A stretch of 62,414 nucleotides of DNA, filler included, from Candidatus Delongbacteria bacterium (GTDB taxonomy: Bacteria > UBA4055), in NCBI GenBank assembly GCA_016937995.1. It is 3 parts of 3 records of this genome, joined end to end, with 100 filler letters (N's around TTAATTAATTAA, not from the genome) between each part and the next. Parts side by side here need not be neighbours in the genome. Positions count along the whole stretch, not along the records: positions 27,205 to 55,004 come from JAFGVM010000091.1; positions 55,105 to 62,414 come from JAFGVM010000011.1; 1 more part is not named here. The stretch is one strand, 5' to 3'. The notes below the pieces were generated by a model. It was given only the letters and a program-made list of their open reading frames with translations, did no database searches and was not told the origin of the DNA. Positions 50,140 to 59,315 of this stretch are shown piece by piece. The position numbers and the translations under genes were made by a program. How positions within the stretch are numbered: the stretch's first letter is position 1; each line of letters opens with the position of its first letter.

Positions 50140-51807
50140 TTATTTTACATTATCAGCTGTAATTCTATAGAAATATCTGTTGCCAGTAAGAACATCATTG
50201 TCCGTGTAATCACTTGTCGGAGATGTGTCTATCTGTGAAAATCCTGAATAAGGATCGGTAGATCTATAGATGATATAGTTATTTGCACCACCTACATCAT
50301 CCCAGTCTAAGTTAGCTGAATTTGAGATAGCAACAATAGAAATATTTGCCGGTGCTGATAATGGACCAACTACATTAAAAATGTGAGGATCAGCCTGACC
50401 TATGAACGGATGGTTCTCAATTCTTCCTGAACTGTCTTCAGAATGAATATAGTAAGATACTACTGAACCTGTTGACTGCTGAGGAATAGTTGCAGTATAA
50501 GTTCCTTTAACTTCTGTCATAGGAAGAGAATTCCAGCTTCCGTCATCGATCTTATAGTATAGGTCCGCAGTATTTATATCATACCCGCCGTAAGAATTAA
50601 TTTCGGCTGAGATCAAGTAATCTTCGGTCGAATTTCTGTCAGAAGGATTTGCAATATGTCTTATGTAAAGCATTTCTTCATCGACTGCACCTCTCGTTCT
50701 GCAATGAAGAGCATCTGTAGACTCCCAGCCGTACGGATCTGCTAACCCTGCTACTGGTACTATTGTGTATCCCGGCATTGCAGCCTCGTACACTGCAATT
50801 GCAGCTGCATCATTTATTGCATCATTCACTATCGGTACATAAACATGATCATTCAATATTAACGAATTAGAATATGGCTCATTATTAGGTGTATTTACTC
50901 TGTAAATTTCGTAAGGAGCGCCATAGGAAGATGTTTGTGATGCGAAATATGCTGCTGTTGCTTCTATATCAGCATATTGTGGGTGATATGTTGGTACTTC
51001 TCTGATAAGTATCTTATCAATGTCAAGATATTTACCCCAGCAGTCAATATGATCGATATAAGTATTATTAGGGTCCTGAACAACATGGTAAGTATGAATT
51101 CCAAGGTAATCATTCATTCTTTGATCGACTTCAGCAGAAGAAATACCAAGAGTTGCATAACTTTCTTCATAAACAATAGTTGTTGAGGCCGCGATCCCCA
51201 TTCCGTCAGTCATATAATTTCCACCGGTATGAATAACGCTCATTCCATAATACGGCTCAGTTAAGAAATTTGAAACTTCTGAAGGTATAGCATCATCATT
51301 GGGTCTTGGTCTGTTATACATGAAGTCGCATACACTTACTTCATTGTCAACTACCACATACCATGCACCGTAATCTCTGGTCCAGTAAGAATCTGAATCC
51401 GCAAGTAAGAATTCACAGTTAGTTGTATCAACCCCGGCAGCAACATAAGCATTTATCACAGTTCTTCTTTCATTAGTTGAGGCACAAATAGTATAAACAG
51501 TTGTATGTGTTGCCATTGCTTTTATAAAATCCATTGGAATTCCAAACTGGTATCTTATGAAAACACCCTGCATTCTTTCAAATTCTGCAGTTTGTCTGAT
51601 ATTTCCGGTCGGAGCTGGTGTTGCTGAGAAATCCTTGCCGATATCACCGGCTCTTTCAAGTTCTTCCGGTGTCATCCAGTGTGGCATGGAATTCGGATTG
51701 TTTTTGAACCATTCTTCAGTTCTTTTTTTAAGATCGTCCGATGAGTCAGCGAAACTCAGTGAGAATATTGCTATGATCATTACTAATATTGACGTGATTT
51801 TTCTCAA
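50140..51807 (-). CDS. Secreted agmatine/peptidylarginine deiminase family protein
   Basis: Signal peptide, AEFE, WTRDYG, YNRPRP.DD, GGN, HID, ALHC motifs; FN3-like tail. Confidence 0.88.
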   Translation of the reverse strand: MRKITSILVMIIAIFSLSFADSSDDLKKRTEEWFKNNPNSMPHWMTPEELERAGDIGKDFSATPAPTGNIRQTAEFERMQGVFIRYQFGIPMDFIKAMATHTTVYTICASTNERRTVINAYVAAGVDTTNCEFLLADSDSYWTRDYGAWYVVVDNEVSVCDFMYNRPRPNDDAIPSEVSNFLTEPYYGMSVIHTGGNYMTDGMGIAASTTIVYEESYATLGISSAEVDQRMNDYLGIHTYHVVQDPNNTYIDHIDCWGKYLDIDKILIREVPTYHPQYADIEATAAYFASQTSSYGAPYEIYRVNTPNNEPYSNSLILNDHVYVPIVNDAINDAAAIAVYEAAMPGYTIVPVAGLADPYGWESTDALHCRTRGAVDEEMLYIRHIANPSDRNSTEDYLISAEINSYGGYDINTADLYYKIDDGSWNSLPMTEVKGTYTATIPQQSTGSVVSYYIHSEDSSGRIENHPFIGQADPHIFNVVGPLSAPANISIVAISNSANLDWDDVGGANNYIIYRSTDPYSGFSQIDTSPTSDYTDNDVLTGNRYFYRITADNVK

Positions 51808-51933
51808 GATACCCCTCCTAAAATAAAATTTCCTGCATAAATTTTCTTATGCTTAACCAGTAGATAAACATTGTATATATCAAAGACAGGATTGTCAATG
51901 ATAAATGTTATCTATTTTTGCTGTTTATAAAAT

Positions 51934-51964
51934 AAAAAGGGTGCTCGAATACGAACACCCTTTT
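51934..51964 (-). terminator. Rho-independent terminator
   Basis: AAAAAGGGTGCTCG-AATA-CGAACACCCTTTT. Confidence 0.8.
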
Positions 51965-51985
51965 CCTTTCTTTATCATATAACCT

Positions 51986-52726
51986 TTACTTCGTTAAAAT
52001 CATCTTCTTTGTAAAAGTATCACCATTTGCTGTAAGTATATAGAAATAAATACCTGAATTGTAATTACTTGCATCAAAATTAACAATATGAATTCCTGCT
52101 TTCTTATTATCATTTACAAGTTCTGAAATAAGCTGACCGTTTACATTATAGACATTCAGCTTTACTTCACTTGCAATTGAAAGAGCAAATTTAATCTGTG
52201 TTATAGGATTGAACGGATTAGGATAATTCTGTTCCAGGTAGGCTGAATTAGGAATATTATTTTGTTCATTTATACCGACTTTATAATTACCAAGTATAAT
52301 TGGAACTTCATCAGGAGGACATCCTATCCATATTGGTTCTGTTGAATTATCCAATATTCTACAAAATATATTACCTGTATTTGATTCATATTGCCCGTTT
52401 TCATCAATACTATGCCATGGTTTAATTACTAAAGTATCACCTACTGCCCATTGTAAATTGAAATTACCAATATTAAATCCAATAAGGGAGTAATCAACCG
52501 TTTCATGATAAACCATATAATAATCACTTCCATATGTATTGTTATCAATTACATCAGTCGGATTTCTTTTTAACCAAGATTCGAAATAAACATTATCATT
52601 ATCTATTGAAAAATCAAAATGTTCTTCATTGAAATCAACTAAACATACATAAACACTTCTTGGCATACCTGAAAACAAAATAGAATATTGAGTAAGTAAG
52701 GCAATTATAAATAATATTTTTTTCAT
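51986..52726 (-). CDS. Secreted protein with a T9SS-type CTD
   Basis: Signal peptide; LEQNYPNPFNP..KKMILTK. Confidence 0.85.
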   Translation of the reverse strand: MKKILFIIALLTQYSILFSGMPRSVYVCLVDFNEEHFDFSIDNDNVYFESWLKRNPTDVIDNNTYGSDYYMVYHETVDYSLIGFNIGNFNLQWAVGDTLVIKPWHSIDENGQYESNTGNIFCRILDNSTEPIWIGCPPDEVPIILGNYKVGINEQNNIPNSAYLEQNYPNPFNPITQIKFALSIASEVKLNVYNVNGQLISELVNDNKKAGIHIVNFDASNYNSGIYFYILTANGDTFTKKMILTK

Positions 52727-52788
52727 GATAAATCCTTTTTGTAATTCTTTAATTAGAATTTACTGATATTGTAAAATATAGTCAACTT

Positions 52789-54144
52789 CTATTTTATCAT
52801 CAGCATCTTCTTCGTAAATGTTTTATTATCAGCTTTTAAAGTGTAATAATAAACACCTGAGCTGAATTTGGATGCATTGAATTCAATAGAATGATAACCT
52901 CTTTCTACTGTGCAGTCTACTAATTTATCAACTAACTGACCCGAGTAATTATACACATTCAGACTAACTTTACTTTCATTTTTCAAAGAAAATTTTATTG
53001 TCGTTACAGGATTGAATGGATTAGGGTAGTTTTGATAAAGCTTGGTTTCATAAGGTATGTTGTTATTAATGCTTGTTGGGTCTCCAAGTATAATCGGTTC
53101 ACCTGAATCTTTGATCTTAGGCATAAATCCTCTATAAACTGCATCAGCATTGTTTTTTAATTTATATTTACCTTTACCTGTCTTCCAGCTTTCTGGATCT
53201 TTACTACTCTGATCTATCACTTCAAAATTAACTACATCTCCCGGTTCCCATTTATTTTTGAAGTTTCCTATATTGATATAAACTGTAGAGTGTGTATCAG
53301 CTATCTGAAATAAACCACATCCGTAAGTGTCTTCTGTTATAATATCATCCTCTCTTCCAGTAATCCAAGCTTTAAAGCTTATATTATCAATTTTACCTAA
53401 AAAATCAAAATCTTCTTTTGACTCATTTACGACTCGATAATATAACAACTTGGGTAAGTTTATTTCTGTAAATTCAACTTCTTTATTTGATTTAACTGTA
53501 TATTTATTTCCTTCATAAGGCCATAATACGCTATCAGTCATGCAAACAAAAAGTGGATCTGCTGTATTTATTGAATAATCATAATTCCATGATAAGCCAT
53601 TATAGGTTGTGACTCTAGATAGCTGTAATTCAGGATTCCATTTAGCAACTTGAGAACAACTACCAATATCACTCCCTAATCCAGTACCAGCCATGAAAAG
53701 ATTATACTTTTCCAACGGAACCATTATAAGATTCATATCGTTACCGTTTGTAGTGATTAACTCATAAGGAGAAATATTATCATAATATCCATTAGTTGAA
53801 AATTCAAAATCACATTGTATGGATTGAATTAAATAAGATTCTCCCAATACAATTGGAAAACTACCAAGCCACATTTGGAAATATTGATTATAACTTACTC
53901 CGAACCAAGCTTGATAATTTTCATCCCATCTATTAATAGTCCAGAATTTATCTCCATTAGGATATAAATCTTCAGCATTTATACTGTCATTCAAAAATGG
54001 AATGGAAACATAGTGATAATCTATTCCAGTCATTGAATCAATACATACCTTACTGAATCCAACTGCTTCACTTGGAAAAGATTTTGTTCCTGAAAAAACA
54101 AATATCTGGAGTATTAAAAGCATTGTTATAATTAACTTTTTCAT
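52789..54144 (-). CDS. Secreted protein with a T9SS-type CTD
   Basis: Signal peptide; LYQNYPNPFNP..KKMLMIK. Confidence 0.85.
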   Translation of the reverse strand: MKKLIITMLLILQIFVFSGTKSFPSEAVGFSKVCIDSMTGIDYHYVSIPFLNDSINAEDLYPNGDKFWTINRWDENYQAWFGVSYNQYFQMWLGSFPIVLGESYLIQSIQCDFEFSTNGYYDNISPYELITTNGNDMNLIMVPLEKYNLFMAGTGLGSDIGSCSQVAKWNPELQLSRVTTYNGLSWNYDYSINTADPLFVCMTDSVLWPYEGNKYTVKSNKEVEFTEINLPKLLYYRVVNESKEDFDFLGKIDNISFKAWITGREDDIITEDTYGCGLFQIADTHSTVYINIGNFKNKWEPGDVVNFEVIDQSSKDPESWKTGKGKYKLKNNADAVYRGFMPKIKDSGEPIILGDPTSINNNIPYETKLYQNYPNPFNPVTTIKFSLKNESKVSLNVYNYSGQLVDKLVDCTVERGYHSIEFNASKFSSGVYYYTLKADNKTFTKKMLMIK

Positions 54145-54836
54145 TATTTACCCCCTTCTTTTGTTTGAATCTCAATTTCAGTTACAATTTTGTAGAAATA
54201 AACTCCATCTTCAAATACTGAATTATCCGTGAAGGTTTCTGATGTTGCAGTACCGATCTCAACATAATCAATATCCGGCTTATCCGATCTGTAGACATAA
54301 TAATTAATTGCATTAGTTACTGCATCCCAGGTTAAGACTGTACTGGTTTCATTTCTGGTTACGATTATATTTGAAGGTGGATCAGCTTGTACAGCAGTTA
54401 TTTGAAAATTGTCAAATAGTATTGAATCTTGCTCAATTGAAACAAGCAAAGATTTTATTTTGACATTAAAACTATTTACTAAATCTGATTCATCAATATT
54501 AGTACTGATCTCAATCCACTGGTTTTTTGGGTATTGATCTAAGTAATAACCTTCAAAAATACTGTTATTAATTTCTAGACAAAGATCATAATTCAACATC
54601 ATCGAGAAATCAATTGTATGATTTAGATCAAATTTAATACTGGCATTAGCACAAGTGGACAGATCATATTCAGGAGCTATTAGATCACTCATATTTTCAT
54701 AACTAAGTGAAGTTGAGTTATAATCTGTTTCAAATAAAACCATATACTCACCATCAGTTGGAGTTATTTCTGAATTCGAAGAATCTATTAGACATATTTC
54801 ACCGTTAGCCCTAATTAATTTTTCTTTTTTAAACAA
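54144..54836 (-). pseudogene. 5'-truncated secreted protein (MAM-like domain + FN3-like tail)
   Basis: No signal peptide, TTG start; LIAP.YDLS..FDNFQI..LTWDAV..YYVYRS. Confidence 0.5.
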
Positions 54837-55004
54837 TCCCTATGTGTCAATTAAAGATATAAAAAAAGAGGTGGTTTTGAAGCCACCTCTAATGTATTGT
54901 ATTTCAGTTTCACTGAGACTATTTTAAGTTTGTATCAAATGATACCAAAGGTTAACTTTAATAAAAATCTGGAGGTATCATGGAACGGAATTCGTTGGAA
55001 AGGC

Positions 55005-55103
55005 NNNNNNNNNNNNNNNNNNNNNNNNNNNNNNNNNNNNNNNNNNNNTTAATTAATTAANNNNNNNNNNNNNNNNNNNNNNNNNNNNNNNNNNNNNNNN
55101 NNN
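55005..55103. other. Artificial contig linker (N44-TTAATTAATTAA-N43)
   Basis: Identical to 27105-27203. Confidence 0.97.
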
Positions 55104-55183
55104 NGACTTTTTCTTTTTTTAATATTTTGAATCTAACTCATCACTTACCACTTACCACTTACAACTTTTAAATAATTTTCAAA

Positions 55184-56704
55184 TTATTTTAGCAACAACA
55201 TCTTCTTTGTCATTGAAGGAACTCCATCTACATTAAGTTTGTAAAAGTAAATTCCTCCGGTAAGTTCAGATGCGTTGAAACTAATACTGTGCTCACCTTT
55301 TTCCATCAGATTATTGACTAAAGAACTAACAATTTCACCGCTGGAATTATATACAATTAATTCAACATTTGAATTATTTTCTAACCTGAATTTGATCTCT
55401 GTTGTTGGATTAAAAGGGTTAGGGTAGTTTTGATATAATAAATTACCATTTATCATTACCGGGTTATCATTTATCCCTGTTGTAGTCCATAATCTGACAT
55501 CGTCGACATACCAGATATCACCCGCAATTCCCTGATAATTGAACCCGATATATATCTCCTGTCCGTCATATTCACTTAAGTCAACATAAGTCTGCTGCCA
55601 ATTTGATGTATGAGGAAGATTATACTCTACCATATTGTAACGGCCCAGGTCTTTTGTTGTTCCAACACTATGAATTCCGGTAGCTGAAGAGTATTTTGTT
55701 TTTTCCCAGAATGATAGAACAGCATTTCCTGTTATCATCATTTTTGGAGAATACATCCAGTCATCCTGAGCGTCAAAATCATCATAAGAATGAGCTGCGG
55801 AAAATACTCCTGTGTTGGGATCTGATAACTGAATCCATCCAAGTCCTGTTGTTTGAAGTATCCATCCTGTCGGTTCAAAACTACCTTCAAAACTTTCGTA
55901 AAGATTCTGAAATAAAGCCGGATCCAGTGTTCCTACCTGCAGATTAACAAAACTTTCCTTCCCTGTGACTGTTGCACGAATAGTCAGGTCTACTGTTGTC
56001 ATTTTCTGATGACTGTCCAGAATAAGATCGCTCCCGTTCACACTTGCAGTGACAGCTTCATTGTCAGAATTTGAATAGACCTCGTAAGTTATATCTAAAC
56101 CTGTCCCGTTATAAAAAACTGATGAAAGGTCTATAGTCTGTTGCTCATCAAAATACATATCTGCAATGTCTGGTACGTTCGTAGGGTATAATTCGAAATT
56201 TGCTAATGCCGCATCAATATGTACTGTTAATTGTGACTCAGTAGAAAATGTATTTCCAACCATATATGCCTGATATCCGGGTCCTACAACAATGTTATAT
56301 GGAACATAACCATTCCCAAACCCGCTGTATAATGATCCTAATTCACTCGCTATTGAAACATAGTACGTTAAATTTGGAGTAAAAACTGTTCTCCAGCCAG
56401 TTGTGTTCATACTGTCCCAGTTATTGTTATTTGTACTCCCGAATGCTATATGCAAACTCGAATGATCGTAATCATTCCAGATATTTTCAAACAACGGAGC
56501 CTCCGTTGAACAACCGGGTCAACCTAAGTAGCCCCAGGTTAATACTACAACTTTCCCAGCATCAACCATATCATATAGATTTCTGGTTACAGGTGCTCCT
56601 CCGTCTGAATCCTGCCAGGTTACATTGTCAACAATATCCCATTGATTATACTCAGCGAATACTGACAAAGATATTATCAGAATCAGTAAAAATATTTTTT
56701 TCAT
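55184..56704 (-). CDS. Candidate selenoprotein (506 aa, Sec62): secreted thioredoxin-fold UxxC domain + Ig-like + cleaved-adhesin-like domain + T9SS-type CTD
   Basis: ORFs 56519-56704 and 55184-56494 join in frame: VVVLTWGYLG-TGA-PGCSTEAPLFENIW. Hairpin 10 nt after the TGA; cis-Pro-like GYVPYNIVV. Confidence 0.85.
56492..56508 (-). promoter_or_regulatory. Candidate bacterial SECIS hairpin
   Basis: CAACGG-AGGCU-CCGUUG stem-loop starting 11 nt after the UGA. Confidence 0.65.
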
Positions 56705-56723
56705 TTGTCACTCCCTTTGTTAC

Positions 56724-58337
56724 CTAAAATTCTGATATCAATGTCATCCTGAAACCGTCAAATTCAGGAACCTGTCTGCATGCACCTCCGGAACATTTAA
56801 TTCCGGCTCTCTCTCTACCGTAAAACAGTTCAAGCTTATGATTATCATATATATTAATACCGGCTTCAAATCCCAGCCATGAATCAGGAGCATCTTCAGC
56901 TACTTCTTCAGAAGTAGTTATCAATGAAATATTTAAATAACCATATTCAGGATATGAATATTCGACAGCAAAATACATGTCATCATAATCCTCATCCATA
57001 AGTTCATTTGTAACGGTCTGATATTCACCTGCGAACATCAATCCTGAGTTTTCGTTCAACTCATAATGAAATTCGCCCAGGAATGTAATCCTTTCATCAG
57101 AGTATACACCGGTCGAATCTGTATCTGTTTCTCCGGGAATAATGAACTGATTCGCATCTTTAGACAGTGGAGCATCTTTCAGATAACCACCGCCTATCTT
57201 AATGTTATATTCACCTGTCCCGTATTTTGCGTCAGCCCAAATATCCATGTAAGGCAGATAATCATCTGAGAATTCAGGCATAACAGCGTCTTTATTGTGC
57301 TTCGATGCAACTGCAAAAATAGTTGAAATATCAAGATTATCTACAGGATTTGTAAGAATTGAAAGTTTATATCCTATCTCATCGTTCGGATTTATCTCAT
57401 GAGGATGAGAGTTCAATAAATGTGATGTATGCTCTATCGTAAGTTCAGGCCCACCTTGATAAGGTGTAAATCCGGAAACAGTAGCATTAGGGTTAGCAGC
57501 ATACTGATAGTAATCTTTGAATTCTAAAGTTATCCCGAATCCCTCTCTTGAATAAGCTAATGAAGTATAATTTGCCCAGCCTTGTTTCGATGGGCTTCTC
57601 TGAGTGGTCTTAAGAGCGTATTCATTGTACAGATCAAAGTTCAACGCACTTGCACTAAAACTTATTCCTCCAATTTCTGTCTCTTCGATAAAGCTGGCTT
57701 CATAAAGGAATTGCAGCTCCGGAACATAATCTCCCTTCATATAAAGATAAGACCCACCCAAGTTCAAAACATAATTTTCGAGCTTAAATATTTCGCTTAG
57801 ATTCAAGATCGTTTCACTACCCAAAAGCATTGTATTCATCTGATCAACACTCTTGTTTGAAGTGTCAAAATCGTTTATATACTTGAAGTAACTTTTTCCA
57901 CCTAATGCCTGAAATGTAAGAAAGTCACCTTCGTACATTAACTTTCCTCCGGTAACTTTACTGTCAAAAAAATCAGCTCTTTCCTCCTTCAGATCAAGAA
58001 CAACTCCTCTACCGAATGTACCGTAAAAATCACCGGCTGTGATCGTTATGTCATTGTTGAAGTACTTGAAAAACTTCTTTGTAAAACCATTTAAAGCTTC
58101 ATTAAACTCACTGGAATCAGCAGCTTCATATCTGAACCCCAGGGAAAAATCACCTTTTGAAGCATCAACTGATATACAATCCTGAACGTATTGTTTTTTT
58201 ATCTCAATATCTTTATCGTCTCCAACCCATTCACTCCCGGTTCCAAATTTTATGGTATTAGTTGCTGATATTTCAAATTCCTCAGCTATGACCATACTAA
58301 AAGCAACAAATATTAACATAAGAATTAATTTTTTCAC
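56724..58337 (-). CDS. Outer membrane beta-barrel, DUF6029-like, with a C-terminal CSGGAC motif
   Basis: Signal peptide, TAGDFYGTFGRGVVL, C-terminal YGRERAGIKCSGGACRQVPEFDGF..F. Confidence 0.75.
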   Translation of the reverse strand: MKKLILMLIFVAFSMVIAEEFEISATNTIKFGTGSEWVGDDKDIEIKKQYVQDCISVDASKGDFSLGFRYEAADSSEFNEALNGFTKKFFKYFNNDITITAGDFYGTFGRGVVLDLKEERADFFDSKVTGGKLMYEGDFLTFQALGGKSYFKYINDFDTSNKSVDQMNTMLLGSETILNLSEIFKLENYVLNLGGSYLYMKGDYVPELQFLYEASFIEETEIGGISFSASALNFDLYNEYALKTTQRSPSKQGWANYTSLAYSREGFGITLEFKDYYQYAANPNATVSGFTPYQGGPELTIEHTSHLLNSHPHEINPNDEIGYKLSILTNPVDNLDISTIFAVASKHNKDAVMPEFSDDYLPYMDIWADAKYGTGEYNIKIGGGYLKDAPLSKDANQFIIPGETDTDSTGVYSDERITFLGEFHYELNENSGLMFAGEYQTVTNELMDEDYDDMYFAVEYSYPEYGYLNISLITTSEEVAEDAPDSWLGFEAGINIYDNHKLELFYGRERAGIKCSGGACRQVPEFDGFRMTLISEF

Positions 58338-58355
58338 TTTTTCCCTCTTATCTAA

Positions 58356-59315
58356 TTATTTTGAATATGCCTGATTGTACATTTTCTGCTGCCATTCTTC
58401 AAAATCACCGTCATTTAATAAATCATATTTGATTATTATACCTGTTGGCATAATAGCTATAACGTCATTATTGGTCACTGCTACAAGACCGTCTGTCTGC
58501 TCTTCTACAAAAGTCTCTACATAATCTTCTGTACCGTCCCAGAAACAATCATATGGAAGACTATTCTCTGTTCTAAAAGCATCGAATTGTCTTCTATCAA
58601 TAAATGTATGATTTCCGAAAAGTGAGTGAGAGAATGGTTCATTATAATTCGGATTTTCATACATATTTTTAAAGGCAACTGCCTCTTCCAGACAAGAAGC
58701 TCAACCGTCAGCAAGAAACTGTATAAATGTAAGCTGCTCAACCTTTCCTGTAAAATCGATAGAGTCTCTTCCGGTATTTTCCAGCAGACCGAATTTTTCA
58801 AAAATCTTCTCTTGGAGGTATTTTTTTTCAAAGTTGTAACCTAATTTTTCAGAATTACTAATGTTTTCTGATTCATCAGCAATTGAAAAATACAAATAAA
58901 ATTTCTGAGGATTAATTTCCTGAACAGCAGGTAGATCTGCCACATTTAGTATAAACAGATAATCTCCTTTTTCATCTGCTGATTTTGATTCTAGCTCATA
59001 GGATATTTTACTAAGCCAATCTTCCGCAAAAAGTGATACTTTATGTAGTGTTCCATTATCAATAGCCGATATAACCATACCATAGTCAGTTGTAAATTTT
59101 AAACTATCCTGAAAATGTACAAATGTTGTATCTAGATTCAATTCAAAATACTGAGAATCGTATATTGTGTCTAAAGTCGAACAGTTGTAAATTACAACTC
59201 TTTGCACTTCGGGTGATTCAAAATCCACATTAACAGGTGTTTCTGTGTGACATGAGTAGAAAATAAAGGCTAAAAATACCAGCATACCCATGAAAAATAA
59301 GTTTAGATTCTTCAT
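58356..59315 (-). CDS. Candidate selenoprotein (319 aa, Sec205): lipoprotein with a C-terminal thioredoxin-fold UxxC domain
   Basis: Lipobox FYSC. ORFs 58701-59315 and 58356-58664 join in frame: FTGKVEQLTFIQFLADG-TGA-ASCLEEAVAFKNMY. Confidence 0.82.
58671..58686 (-). promoter_or_regulatory. Candidate bacterial SECIS hairpin
   Basis: AGAGGC-AGUU-GCCUUU stem-loop starting 15 nt after the UGA. Confidence 0.5.

Noticed and set aside
58517-58844. Alternative-frame ORFs or a frameshift bridging the lipoprotein split
   Set aside because: The two halves are already in frame across a single TGA; the alternative frames show no motifs
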